This document shows positions 11,008-23,721 of a stretch of 40,709 nt of DNA, piece after piece. The stretch lies in the NCBI RefSeq assembly GCF_001194135.2, contig NC_068981.1, positions 124,612,222-124,652,930 on the forward strand. Reading direction: 5' to 3'. This stretch comes from Octopus bimaculoides. Its lineage: Eukaryota. The stretch's first letter is position 1. Every line of letters begins with the position of its first letter. The notes under the pieces are model-generated. The model ran no database searches. It was not told the origin of the DNA and was given only the letters and a program-made list of their open reading frames with translations. The translations under genes and the position numbers were made by a program.

Positions 11008-11749
11008 AAAGTAGCTACTACCCAGTTGTCAAAAAGCAGCTTAAAAACAAGCAAAATTTTACTGAAGATAGTGATTTAGTACCTTTCACTGTTATTGGTG
11101 CTTTCTTCAACTTTATTTTTCAATTTGGCTATGGCCACCAACTTTCAGCTATCCCTGTTGAATATTAGTTATTATTTCAGCGGATGTCTGCCGTTATATG
11201 TGCCTGGTCGTAAATGGGTGGATTTTAAAAATAGTCGGAAAATATATCGAATCAAACTCAAGAACATCACTAACAACAACAAATCTTAATTGCAATCCAA
11301 AATACCCTCTTTCTGCACAAAAAGATTTGAACCGTTACATCTGCAGACCCCATTTTTATTAACAAAAGTCAATATAGAGCTGTAAACTCACATTATGGTT
11401 GTTTGAAATTTAGAGAGAATCCTAGAATACACAATTTCTTTTCAAATCTAACATTTTTCTGAGGTGTTTATGGAGTTTTTTCGTTTCCAGGGTCCATGAA
11501 AGTGAAACATAATTTTGAAAAAACAAGTAATTTAATAAAAATGAAATCCTTAATCTGTAATCCTCGATTTCCGGGAAATCTATTAACATTTTATTTACTT
11601 TGGCTGTAGGCCTACGTATCTGCCGCAGACGTAACAATAAAGGTGTATGTGTAAAAGTTTAGATTGGTATGTCTGTATTTATTAAACGAAGTGAGTTTAT
11701 GTGGCTGTTGTCAACTCCTATTTTGCTTTTGAGACTATTTTCTCTTTGC

Positions 11750-14410
11750 TTTTGTTCAGATTATATTTTCACATAGAACACTCAGTATATCACGGAATAT
11801 TCAGCTGTCTTCAGAACAAAGACACAACAGTTTGCAAAATTTTTCTTCGCTTCCAAAAATAGGAAATCTTATAAGCCAACGAAGACTCAGTAACAGGTAT
11901 CTCTTTGGAGAAGCTAGGTGCACTCTCAAGCGCATCTGAAAAACCTAAGCGGAAAATATCAACTCAAGATACTGAAGATGAAGAATCACTGCATCCTATT
12001 GACATAGCTAGCGAAATGCCATCTTGAGATTTTAGACCGAACCAGGTAGCTTTTCTATTAGAATCATGACTCCATAATAAAAAAAAAGTGAAGCCAAACT
12101 AAATGAGCACTCATTATTTTAAAAATTCAATGTTTTATGTTATCTGTGACGAGGATGAGCAGCATTTGAGAAAGTGTATCCTGTACTGCTCCTCAAAGAG
12201 AGCAGTTTGTTGATTTTACCGAACTTTGAAGTCAAGACGCCGTGATAGATTGTCCAACGAGGATGGTTTTAATGACTGGGGAAAAAAACAGAGGAGAGAT
12301 TAAAAAACACTTGAGCAAGGTCAAGGTGACAGATATTCTGTTTTGAAGTTCAATATTGTATATAAGGAATATTCTTATGTTACTTGTGAGTTAGAAAAAC
12401 AAATGCAGGAAAACAAGAAATATTGGACCGAAATGTGCTGTATTGTGGCCGTGACAAAATTTCTAACGGATAGTAGCCTGGCATTTAGGGGTAGTGAAGA
12501 GATCATAAGATCTAAATACCATGAGAATTTGAGAGGAACTATGGAACTTGATCCATTTCTAATAGGTCCCTTGAAAACATTTGGTAATCCTAGAAGTAAT
12601 AAACAGTCACATTTATCACTATCATCTAGAAGATATTGTTCTGCTGAATGTAAAACATTTGAAGCATATTGTAGCAAAACCTAAAACTTCCAAGTATTTG
12701 TAAGTTTCTGTAGATTTAACAACTATACCGCGCTCATGTTGATCAGCTAACAGTTATCGTTTATTATGCCCTTTCTAGAAAACCAATAAAAAGGCGTTTA
12801 ACTTTCCTGCAGACTGTACTAGCTGCATTTGTGCTAGATTTTCTAAAAACAAAAATAGGGTATAAATTTTGAAGACTGCAGAGTCAGTCTTATGACATCG
12901 TTGGTAATATATTTGATTACTACATAAGAACATAAACCAGACTTAAAGAACAGACTTGGCCGCAATTTTCGTTCCCTGTACTGCTCATTCTTTGAATCTT
13001 ATTGAATATGCTACTGATTTTTGCTGTGCTGAAGCGGTTAGCTTTTTTCGGCTTCATACAAAAGATATACACTTTTTTCCTGCATTGACATACAGATGGG
13101 CAAATTTACTGACATTTTTGAAAGAAAATGAAAGAGAGCTAAACTTTGAAATCTTTGTCAAAAACTTGTTGTCCAACAAGAGCATATGCTATGATTGATA
13201 TAACTGCATTCAAAATGATTGATATAACTGCTATGATTGATATAACTGCTATGATTGATATAACTGCTATGATTGATATAACTGCATTCAAAATGCACTC
13301 ACAGTTACTGAAAATGATTAAGAAACATATGAAGCAAGATATGAATCTCAAACATTGACAGACAAAATTTACTGTCTTGAAACTGCTCCAATGGCTAAAA
13401 CCGGGTATTTAATTCTCGTACGGTTTAGCTGTAAAAGTAAGGCTTTTCAAAGAGTTGAAGCTGATTTGGCATAAAGTGGTGAATCTAACTAATATCTTGG
13501 AAAATTTTTGAAATCACAACGGAATATGTACGGAGAGTTGGAACTGGATGTCAGGAACATGTGTGGAAGAACAGACTATAAAGCAAAGAAAAAAAGACCA
13601 AAGAAGAAAATCAAATATTATTCAAAATTTAGCATTAACTTCAGAGGAAGTTGCCCTTTCGACAAGAGAAAAATTCAGATGCGTCATTTTAGATCAGTTG
13701 TTTGTCATCTTACAATGACACAAAGTAATCTATCGATCAGTACATGGCAAGTTCAAAGTTATTGTGTACTTATATAGTTTACTTGATACAGAGATAAGAA
13801 CTGAAACTGAGGAATTCATCACCACTTCGCCCTGTGATTTTAGTAATGTGTTCATAAACGAAATTGTACAGTATGCAGCCTTTTGTAAACCTGAATCATG
13901 TTTCACCCCATCTCAACATAATCCATAATAAAGGGATGGCTAAAACCTTTGCAACTGTTGATGTAGCTCCTAGTATATATTTGAACTTGGTGGTCACTGG
14001 TTGTTCAGAAGAGAGGCATTCAGTAAATTGGGACTGATAAAGAATTATCTGAGAACTACAATGACTAGGTACTTGGATGTACAAAGAAGTCTTCTAGAAA
14101 CGATACAGTTCGAGGAAATCATTAAAGATTTTTTCAGATGCCAAGTGTAGAAAAAGTCATTTTGCATGTATTGTAGTTGTAGTATATTGTGTTAAGTTGA
14201 TAAAAATTACTATATTTAGTTTAGATGACAAACTTTTGTATCAGCAGATGCATTTAAACTTTTTATGAGTTAACAAGTCAATTTAAATTACATGCAAATT
14301 GGCGGATTTTGAGATCAAATTTACTGAGTTTTTATGGGTTTTAATTTCTGTGTATAAAGAGCCCACCGAACTTGAAATGCCCCGGGCCGCAAGCTTTAAA
14401 TCAGGCCCTG
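11750..14410 (+). mobile_element. hAT-superfamily DNA transposon (ZMYM1/DUF4371, Tip100-like), pseudogenised
   Basis: DGFNDW (TTF-type Zn finger), ENKKYW..VAVTKFL...LAFRGSEE..DPFL (DUF4371-like), VSVD..HVDQLTVI, FVPCTAHSLNL (CxxH); right end tttaaatcaggCCCTG at 14410 resembles a hAT TIR. Left TIR not found. Confidence 0.8.
13186..13292 (+). repeat. 18/24-bp minisatellite (GCTATGATTGATATAACT) inside hAT relic
   Basis: About five units; translates as AMIDIT/AFKMIDIT. Confidence 0.9.
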
Positions 14411-14414
14411 GGAG

Positions 14415-14670
14415 TCATTTCCTATAAAAGAGAGCCTCTCTCTACAGAAAGAAAAGAACCTATATGGATTATACATTACTTTAATTACTGTATTTTGCTA
14501 TTTTTAAAACATTTTTTTCTGTTGTACTTGTTTCTATGTATACATTGTATAATGTCTTTTAAGCAAGAATTTGTAAAAACTTCTCTGTCCCATACCACAA
14601 GTCTATGACATTTTATTGTCACTTGGAACCCGTGTGGTTAATAAAGGATCATCATCATCATCATCATCAT
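14415..14670 (+). mobile_element. Probable 3'UTR of a Tx1-like LINE with (ATC)n tail
   Basis: Ends ccc(g)tgtggttAATAAAggatcatcatc, matching the 3' end at 29170-29200. Confidence 0.45.
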
Positions 14671-14705
14671 TAAGCTAGAACATGTTAATTTCTTTAACAG
14701 AAATA

Positions 14706-15190
14706 TTATTCTGAGGTTATGCGACAAGTCTCTTCAAATCTCATAAACCTTTCTTAGGATTCTTGAAGAATGATACTTTTCTGTACGTTAACAATGCGAT
14801 TCTCAATTCCACTATCTTTCTCTACTTTTAGATAATATTTGGGTGTTGCAATTACTACAGGAGTAATTGTTGTCTTCCACGGTCTCTTCAGCTCTTTTGC
14901 TAAATCCTGATATTTCTCAATAATTCTCAATTTCTTTGGTATCGACTCTGTTATCATTGCGAATCGGAACGTCTGTTGTTTATTTTTGCCCTTTGTAATT
15001 ATATGCTTCAATAGTATGGTCAGTTTTCATAGTGAAATCCCAAATCCTGTAATTCTCATTTTCTGCCACAGCCTCCTCTCATTTTCTGCCACAGCCTCCT
15101 CTCATTTTCTGCCACAGCCTCCTCTCATTTTCTGTCACAATTGACAGACAGAGAATGAGAATTACACTTCACATCACTTTTCTGTTATTT
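14706..15190 (-). mobile_element. R4/Dong-like 3' fragment (RLE endonuclease end)
   Basis: EKYQDLAKELKRPWKTTITPVVI...VQKSIIL; WDFT precedes it; 23-bp triplication ctcattttctgccacagcctcct at ~15056-15135; short AATAAT tail. Confidence 0.75.
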
Positions 15191-15203
15191 TGAAGTTATC
15201 TGA

Positions 15204-15410
15204 ATGGCGGCGAGCTGGGAAACTCGTTTGTGTGCTACACAAAATGATTAGCGATATTTCTTCCGACTCTACACTTTCGGAGTTCAAATTCTGCTGAGGT
15301 CGATCTCACCTCTCACCTTTCGTCCCTTTTGGAGTCAATAAAATGAGTACTAAGGTTGATATAATCGACTTAACCACTCCTTTTAAATCGCTGGCACTAC
15401 TGCCAAAGCG
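15204..15410 (+). mobile_element. SINE family A, decayed
   Basis: ggcggcgagctgg...ggagttcaaattctgctgaggtcgat...cctttcgtccc...gtcaataaaatgagtac. Confidence 0.75.
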
Positions 15411-15419
15411 GCAATTGAA

Positions 15420-15830
15420 AGTAACAATAGCAGCACCACCACCAGCAACGACTACTACTATTACCACCACCACCATTTCTGCAGCTGCTACTACTACTAC
15501 ATTAACAAAAGTAACAGCTACAACAACAGTGGGAGCATTTTGTAAAAGGAAGATTTTTTTCCTTGTTGAAAGTTCGATATTCACAGATTTGAACCACTGC
15601 TGCGGCGGCAAAGGACAGTAGCAGTGAAAACATGAACCGCAACAAAAACTCCGTTAACAACAGTAATAACAGCAATGACAATGATATCAAAAGCAACATC
15701 TGCAGCAACGGTAGCGGCACCCACAACAACAGCAATAATAGCGCAGAGACAGAAGTAGCAACAACAGTGGTGGATATGGCAGAACAGCAGTAGCAGCACT
15801 ACCAACAGTAACAACAGTAAGGTTTCCTTC
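15420..15830. repeat. Cryptic degenerate trinucleotide repeat (ACA/GCA/ACT/ACC)
   Basis: Period-3 low complexity; produces spurious poly-T/A/V/L ORFs. Confidence 0.8.
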
Positions 15831-16059
15831 GCTGGAGTACCCTCCACAAGGGGATTATATCATATTTCCCTAGAAGATAAAAGGCCCTAATTACAATACG
15901 TCTCTTGATTTAAGAAAACTGAGTTACGCAATTGTGAGAAAAGCCGTTAAATAATCCCAGCGTGAATTTAAAAAAGTAGTCACCTGAAGATAGTCACTAA
16001 CATTCAAGTAAAAGGGCCCTTTGTGATGTATGAAACGATACTGAACATATATTTAGGAC

Positions 16060-17493
16060 AAAGCAGTTCAGAGTGGTCGAAGATTGACGTCCTCATAGTG
16101 TAAATTCAATGGTCGACCGACGCAGTGAACACTTTGCTCTCTTTCTTGAGTAGGTTTTATGCATATTTCCTCTATCCATCTGTTCAAATCTTCAGGGATA
16201 GTTCCTGGTAGTTTCTGATAGCACCTATACCTACAGGGAAACATTTTACCCGCACATCCCATTGTCTCTATAACTCAATGGTACTATGCTATTTTCTCTA
16301 TTCCTCTCATTTCTCTATTCCTGATACTTTGCTATTTTCTCTATTCCTCTCATATTGACTTTCTCATCAATTACTTGGTACTTTCTGTTCTCTTTGCCTA
16401 CTACTACTAAATCAGGCCTTCTAGCTTCTATTACTTTGTCAGTCTGAATGTTGAAATCCCACAACATGTTATATTTCTTACTCTCTAGCGCTTTGTTAGT
16501 TTCATATTCATACCATTCATCAGTATGGTCAAATCCTAGCTTTCTACATAATTCCCAGTTTATTATTCTTCCTAGGCTGTCATGTCTTTTCTTGTATTAT
16601 TTCTGTGCCAGCTTACCTCATTCACTTACTATATGTAAGTTTATATAACCTACATTGGGAATCTGCTTGGTTTTTGTCTATCTTGGCTTTTATCCAGTTA
16701 GTCCTCAATGCTTGATTTTGTTCGGTTACTAACAAACTTTCTGTCTCCCTTTCCAGCTTTCCTTTCTCCAATCAAAACCATGTCTCACTGTTAATATTTC
16801 CTGCAATTATCTTTGGTAATATACCATGCAAAGCCTCTTCTTGCTAGTCAGATAACCTTTCTTCTAGTTTTTAACTTCATTTAGCTTTTTGGTTTCCCTG
16901 TGTCCTACTGTTACTCTAACAGCTCTTAATGAACTTTATTCACTATTACCTACATAGGAGGTTATATCTATTCTAGCTAAATCCACGCAGTCTTTCTTCT
17001 ACTGATATTAACCCTCTACCAGCTTCCTTTCTTAGGCAAGCATAATGTTGCTACTCTTGCTCTTGGGTGAAGTCTTCCATTCATATTGAATTCCTTCCTT
17101 GTTCTTGTCTAGATTTGCTAATTCAGATTTTGTGCAATCTACAAAAGCTACTGAATATCGGAGTAATGATACGGTCCAAGTATTTACAGCCTTCATTGGA
17201 TTTGACTTCATTGTCTTCCTCACCTTTCTGATTACTCCTCAATTTGGGTTCAGAATCACCTATAAGTTGACAATCATCATTTACGTCATTTAAAAATGCA
17301 GACTTGTTTTATCTGCTGACGCTGTCATAGAATAACAGCTGTGGTCAGTCTGCATTGATACTAAACCATTGCCGTGGGAGAGGTCTTCCCTTAAAGATCC
17401 AGCCTCATTTTCGCTGTTGCCATCAAAGTTTCTTGGCAAACCCTTGTCTCTCATAAACTGAGGTACGGTATTGTTCGTCACCATCATCGCCAC
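16060..17493 (-). mobile_element. R4/Dong-like fragment (post-RT to RLE), pseudogenised
   Basis: KAVNTWTVSLLRYS, EWYEYE..LWDFNIQTDKVIEARRPDLVVV (PD..D/E RLE core), EKIAKYQE, GTIPEDLNRWIEEI. Assignment of 17290-17493 to this element is weaker. Confidence 0.8.
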
Positions 17494-17577
<84 letters not shown>

Positions 17578-17602
17578 CAGCAGCAGCAGCAGCAGCAGCA
17601 GC
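17494..17602. repeat. Compound microsatellite (ATT)n-(AGT)n-(AGC)n
   Basis: Direct. Confidence 0.95.
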
Positions 17603-17619
17603 GTTAATAGTAGTAGAGA

Positions 17620-20300
17620 TATATAGCTTATAAATACCTGACGCATTCAGTTACTTTCGACCAAAAGGTTAAAGTCATAAAACGACATTTAACTTTCCTC
17701 GGATGTTTCGGCGCTAAACCATAACGTCCTCCCCTTGATACCAGCAGTGATGTCCAGACACTAACCATTTTCTCTTGGGTTTCCACTCTACTCCTCGCGC
17801 GTGTTCTCGAATGACCAAGTGGCTATTTCCGATATTTTTTCCATCGTGCGAACTGCTATCTTTTTCTCTCTTCCTGCTGTTCGCAGGGCTGAAAGCATCT
17901 TCCACACTGACTGCGACGAGAAACCCCTTCATTCAACTGCAACCGGAAATAGCCACGCCTGTCCAGTTGTTCCTGTATTGTTGGACCCGATCTTAGTATT
18001 TGATGGCTTTCTTTTCCGATGTTTCCCTTGTATTCGTCTTCCCACTGGACGGTCTGTTCTTCTTCACCTCTTCAGGCCATATGGCTATGTTAGGTACACG
18101 TGATATTTAGACGACTGTAGATTGTACCACCTGCAGAAAAATTCTTGGTCTTTGAGAGGGAGGGTTGATTCTTCCACTTTGTTATTAGCTGAGTGAAAAG
18201 AGTTATCCTTATATGGGTTTCGCACTTTTCCGTTTTCTCTCACCACAAGTTATAAACTAATGTTCTGAAGACCTTGCCACTATGTCATTTATATCTAATT
18301 AAGGTAAGTGCTGTCTTTCAGCTTGTCAAAATACATCTCCTTCCACGTACTCTCCACCATGAGTAATTTTTAATTTCTTATCTAGGCATATTTATTGGTG
18401 CTGGAAGAGTATCATGAATTGATCAAAGCAGAAAAAAATGAGGAAGGAATCCTGACTCAAAAGTTCAAATCATGTAATCTTTCACTTTGGCAGGTATTTT
18501 GTTGAGATTCTATGTAACCCAAATTCCACGGTTCTGGACTTTTGTTTATCTTCCAAGGAGTTGAACTTCGCTTCGATTGCCACTCTTTTCCGTCTTGAGC
18601 CTGATATCCCAAATTGATGGATGTAAATGGTTGAATCTTTGTTTCTTAATGAATGGATTCCGATGATGGTTCTCAACTTCAGAGTACTTTCTTTGTCAGC
18701 TATCCATTTCCGTCCTGATCTTCTCATTACTAGAATCTCCGGACATCATCAAAACCCTTCACTTTCCCACTTTGCCTTTACGACCACTGATGAAGTATCT
18801 GTAACAATACAGACCTGCCGACGTGAAGTATGGTGGAATACCGAACTATCACTAGAAGTGTTCGTTCGCTCTACCTTTTACTCCTTCCACAGATTTCATA
18901 GGTGCGTCAAATTTCTTCAGTAGCTCTATGAGTCTTGGTCATGAACTTTCCTGGAAGACCTGATTTTCTCAACCATTCATCTGCTTGTTTTTCTGTTCTG
19001 AGTACGTCTATAAATAAGAGAGGGATCCCCATACTTTTTTGCGGGGGGAGGGGCGATCACCAACTGAAGTTGGAACTTGCCAGCCACTTTACCATTCCTT
19101 GTTATGTTTCTTGGCTTTCTTAGAACACCATTCTTGTCCTTGTTGCTGCATCATGACTCGCTGTGCTTGTATGTGGGTTGAAATTGTTGTGATTGTGTTA
19201 TTCGTGAAGCGTCACAGTGGTAGTTAGAGGGTATCAGATTCTATTATCGGGTGTTCTGGATTCTTTTTCTGTCCCTAAGCAGATTCCTTCCCATGACGAA
19301 TAAAGTGGCTGGAATAGTACAGCTTGTTACGATACCCTTTTCCAGGTCCAGTCACTGATTTACAAAATAGGCGTTCTGGAAACAATTTAAATCTTCTAAA
19401 GTGACAGGCAGCCATTCTTCTAATGTGGTAGAAGAATTCATACACGACGGCCAAGCTTAGCCACACTGCTGTTAGATTGCTTCTTCTCGTCTTGGATTCA
19501 CTGATCACCTGACTGAACCGATTTTAGCCATGGTTAGAAGCTTACTTTTAACAATCAGATGAGTAGTGGTTCAGAGCAATCAACATTCTACTGTTCTTCG
19601 GGGCGGTCAGATGAAGCCTTTTGCCTATAATTTCCGCAAAAGTTTCCATTGCTTTCAGAATGGTACAGGACATCTTTTGTATACTTTTTAATGTATATCA
19701 ATTGATCTTGAAACACTTGTTAATTGAGCCTTCTGTACAATGGCTTGTATTTTCACCATGTTGATTTCTTTGTATCAAGTTCTACTTCAGAAGTTTCGGT
19801 CTTGCTGGCCTTTGGCTATGTCTAGCCCAAAAAGTGTTACAGTAGGCCCTCCTTGAGAAATTCCTCTTCAATTTCCTTAAAGTTGAACAGTCTGCCGGAC
19901 CTGTTTCATCACACAATTTTTTATGAACCGGTATGGATATTTTATGAACTTATCTCGCTTAACAGGTTGAATCCTAGGGGTTAGGTAAGTCCTTTCTGTA
20001 CATTTAGAATGAAAAAGCTACTCAGATCTTTTGTGCTGTGGGGCGCCTCCTGACTAGAATCCTCTTGCATCTCATTATGTGTCCTCACTCTGCATAGCAG
20101 GTGTTCCTCCCTTCTTCTTCATTCGGTCTTGGATTGGTGCTCTTCCAAACATTTCCGTATGGGTGTGGTTTGGGTAAGCCAATTCATTTTCCAGGTGTTT
20201 TCCGTGGCCACTACGCTACCGTTATGACCATCAGGTTAATACTCTCATCCTCTCCACCTAAACCCTCAGAAGACTCCGAGGGTATTATTAATTGTTCAGT
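17620..20300 (-). mobile_element. HERO-like (R2-group, RLE) non-LTR retrotransposon, near full span, heavily decayed
   Basis: Pieced minus frames: QEAPHS, NLTAVWLSLA, DLEKGIVTSCTIPATLFVMG, PL*RFTNNTITTISTHIQA (FMDD decayed), WLRKSGLPGKF, GIPPYFTSAGLY, RSGRKW..ESTLKLRTIIG, AWLFPVAVE*RGFSSQSVWKML. Confidence 0.8.
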
Positions 20301-21159
20301 TACATAGCTTTTGCCGGCCCCCCTTTTGCAAATGCTGTGAATGAAATTGCTAATCTAACACTCTCACAACAAAAGCAAGCAACAGTAACGAATGAGATTC
20401 TATGTAATCTGTAGTCGCCCGAACTACTAAAAAAGCAACCAAATTTCCCTTAAATTGCATCTTAGTCTTAAAATGAAAAGATACAATAGATAGTACAGCT
20501 CAAGCAGACTGAAAAAGAAATACGAAATTGTGGTGGCTTGAACCCTTGTAATCATAGCAGAATTTGAATCAGTTCAAAACTAGTTCTAAACAACACTGAT
20601 TGTAGTTTTGCAATACTGATGGCTTTCAGTACTGAGTTTATTATCGTTGAAGGATAAATATTAACTAAAATACATTGTTTTGTTCTAACCCGAGTGAAAT
20701 ATTTTCACGTCTATTAAAAAGACACCTCAGAAATCAAGCGGAACCGTAATTAACTTCAATTTTAATGTGTGAAGTCTCGTGAGAGATATGAATCTTGTCT
20801 ATCTCAGGTAATATGCTGAGAGAATCTGCTACTTATTATGAATAACTAGGGAAACTAAAATGAATAGAATTAATAATATTACAGTAATATATATGAGAAT
20901 TTAAAAATGAAGCTCCTGGTCTAATAGTTTAATGACATATTAACTCAATCATTAACGTTTTGAAGTTATGTTCAGCTCTTGCATTGCTGTGTTCACTTGG
21001 TGACAACTTGATTTCGGATTCAATGCCTCAGTTTACAACATATGTAAAACTGTTCCTAGGTCCGTGAGAGGGTTTGTCTTTATTCTTGGGCTATAACTTT
21101 AATCAGTTGCCCGTTTCAACGACACAGCCAAGCTCTCGGGTCATTTTAGTGAAGTTCAC

Positions 21160-21234
21160 CGAATTGCAAGTATTCAAGCTGCCGCTCGAAGAATAACTTT
21201 CTCCCGTCCTTCTCCCAGTCTCGAAAATCCACCA
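21160..21234 (-). other. Candidate 75-nt exon B of unidentified minus-strand transcript
   Basis: Acceptor tttataatttaatCAG; donor TTCG|GTGAAC; open as xVDFRDWEKDGRKLFFERQLEYLQF (phase 1-1) or WWIFETGRRTGESYSSSGSLNTCNS; GC-richer than flanks. Confidence 0.35.
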
Positions 21235-22089
21235 CTGATTAAATTATAAAGTATATATATTTTTAATTATTAATAGTATGATTAACCCTATTGAGTTTGG
21301 TGTCTAATTTTATAACCTGCTTCGTACTGCATTAAGTGTCATTGTTCTACGATGAAGCGGAATTGCGGCAATGAGTGAATACACATTAGTCTCAACTAAG
21401 AAGAAAAACCTCAATATTTTCACTCGACCTGGTAGAAATGGCAACCAAATAAAAACAAAAAAGTATGTCATGACTGAACAAAATCAATTGTCGTTATGGG
21501 AACTGTCATGGCTATAATTAAATTGATCTTTGGTCTACTGTGGCTGGGTCGACTAGACCTCGAATTAATCAATAACATTTAGAAGGAACAACATCTGCAG
21601 CGGTTGTTAGATCTCATATTATTGAACGCTTATTTGAAGTTCATTTTTATCTTTTATTATCGATATGCTATACGGGTAAGTAGACGGGAGAGTAATAGAA
21701 ACGGCAAAGCAGAGCGTGCAAATAAAGAGTTTGATCGGATAAGAGATTGAAATCTTGAACATGCACACTGATGACAACAGACTGTCCAGTTATGACCAAC
21801 AGGTCTTTTTCTGAGACAGCATTAGACTAAATTAGTCAGTGTATCTTCCTGTTTTAAAGATAGAATGGGTTACTGAAAGAGGGAGATGTGGCTACTATCA
21901 CTAGCAGGTCAAGTGACTACGAATATGCTCACTTGTTGAGTCGAAATCAATGTTATATGGGTGTGATATCTATAAAAAGATGCTCATGTCAACCACACCT
22001 AATTATGGGAAAAATTGAAATAAGCCAACTTAAACACCTATTTCAGATCGATACTTTTTAGAATACTGTTAGTAAAAGAAATAACTTTT

Positions 22090-22950
22090 AACCGAACTCG
22101 GTTCTCCTAGTCTTTATATGTTGTTCAATGGAGCTTGTCTTATTGTGCCCTTGGGCAGTGGTTCTCAAACTGACAATTCCTCCATCCCTTTTCAATCCTT
22201 ACAGCTCTCAGCTCAGTTGGGAGCTGCTGGTCTCCTCACTGAGAAACACTACTCTAGGCTAATAGAAAAAGACATAGAAGTAAGATACATATACTGATTG
22301 CCCACTCTTATTACGACTTCTGTTTGGTCTTGTTACCACCAAAAACCCTACTTCATCTAAAAAGACAAAGTTCTTATCATCACTGACCGCTTCAAAATTC
22401 CGATAAGCAATGACATATGCCTCCTTAAGTTTAATTGTGTTTTGACAATTTCTTCGCTCAGGAACGAGTTTTTAAAGTATAATGAAACTGACGAATAGTA
22501 CTTATTGATACTTGAATGCCGAACGTCTCCAAGACCCACTTAAAAAGGTCTTTTAGAGTGCTAGTACAATTTTGTTCTACATAAGCGAGCAATTGCTTTT
22601 TAAACTCTGAACTAAGTTTAGGACACCTATCGCCTCCGCGCTTCAAAGGGAGTATAACACCAGTTTTCAGGTATTGTTTTACAATACTGTTAACTGTTTG
22701 GTACTTTCTCCCATACATAGAAGCTATGATGGAGACTGAATAGCCCTCCAATGTTTTTGCCACAATCCTCTCTATCATCATTGGAAACTGGGTGTTCTCC
22801 GATTTGGGGGTTGTACCTCTGTTAGAGGTACTGGATTTTCATTTGAATAGGCAAGTTCATCGGCATTCATAACAGCAGGGTCATCGGCATTCATAGCAGT
22901 AGAATCACTCTCATTTTTTAAAGCTTGTTCATTTTCTCCGTTTCATTAAT
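22090..22950 (-). mobile_element. Tc1/IS630-like transposase relic
   Basis: ERIVAKTLEGYSVSIIASMYGRKYQTVNSIVKQYLKTG..KRGGDRCPKLS (HTH), NCTSTLKDL..ETFGIQVSISTI, DEVGFLVVTRPNRSR (first catalytic DE). Confidence 0.8.
22156..22251. mobile_element. 96-bp hAT/Charlie-like MITE nested in Tc1 relic
   Basis: TIRs CAGTGGTTCTCA / TGAGAAACACTA (2 mismatches); degenerate 8-bp flanks CCCTTGGG / CTCTAGGC (5 of 8 match). Confidence 0.55.
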
Positions 22951-23151
22951 TTTTATAGACTAATAGACAATAAATTAATTTCTTGAACATTTTAAAATTT
23001 AAAATAGTTTAGTTTCAATATAAGCTTAGGGTGTTTTGATCGAATGTATTTCGAACTTTTTTCAAACTTAGAATTTCATTCAACAATAACTACCTTGTTT
23101 TATAAATTGTACAAAAGTGTATATCTAAAATTTTTCTAATTTTTATTATTA

Positions 23152-23262
23152 AATTGCTTGCAAAAATTATTAAGTTGCTTGCAAAAATTATTAAGTTGCT
23201 TGCAAAGATTATTAAATTGCTTGCAAAAATTATTTACTTGGTTGCAAAGATTATTAAGTTGG
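23152..23262. repeat. 21-bp minisatellite (TTGCAAAAATTATTAAGTTGC), ~5 units
   Basis: Direct; possibly a subterminal repeat of the adjacent Tc1-like element. Confidence 0.85.
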
Positions 23263-23721
23263 TAGAAAAAATCCTATAGTTTAATGTGTCTAACTTTAAA
23301 CATGCGAGAGTGGGAGTCAGCTTCACTCTTATCACTCTTAGTCGAGGAAATAAGTATTCTATGTGTAATTGAACCCGTCTCGTAAAAATTGGTAACCTTG
23401 TACCATGGTCAGAAATCATTTGCATATATTTAAATAGATATATTGAATACGTAGAACATCAAAATCATGCATTTTACCGTTTAGTTTCGCTCCTTGATAT
23501 GCTGAACTCAAATATCGGAGTCAAATTTACCAATCAGGCACCAGGTTCGATGACATAATCGGACTTATAAGCTGAGAGGGAGTTATTTGAGGATTAATAT
23601 TTCTTTTTATCTATCCAAGTTATCGAAGAAGCTCTTAAAGCATGTTAAAAGGTAAGTTAAATTTATGGGTTTCATGTAGATTTAAAAATTGTGATAACAA
23701 AAAGGGATATTCCAATAATAC

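Noticed and set aside
11077-11150. Minus-strand exon candidate (CAG...AAAG|GTACTA)
   Set aside because: Stops in all three frames and a weak donor.
13186-13292. CRISPR-like array (also 23152-23262, 15056-15135)
   Set aside because: Contiguous tandem units without unique spacers; eukaryotic context; no cas genes.
15306-15847. Thr/Ala-rich mucin-like ORFs on both strands
   Set aside because: Degenerate trinucleotide repeat fused to a SINE tail; no splice or start context.
15984-16040. Second hammerhead-like motif (CTGAAGA...GAAAC)
   Set aside because: Stem II only partial; no stem I or III.
17290-17646. Poly-Leu/poly-Ile signal-peptide-like ORF
   Set aside because: Translation of the compound microsatellite plus decayed retroelement.
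20960-21065. Possible Gypsy integrase similarity (LISDSMPQFT)
   Set aside because: No following PYHP/NGxxER motif and no LTR context.
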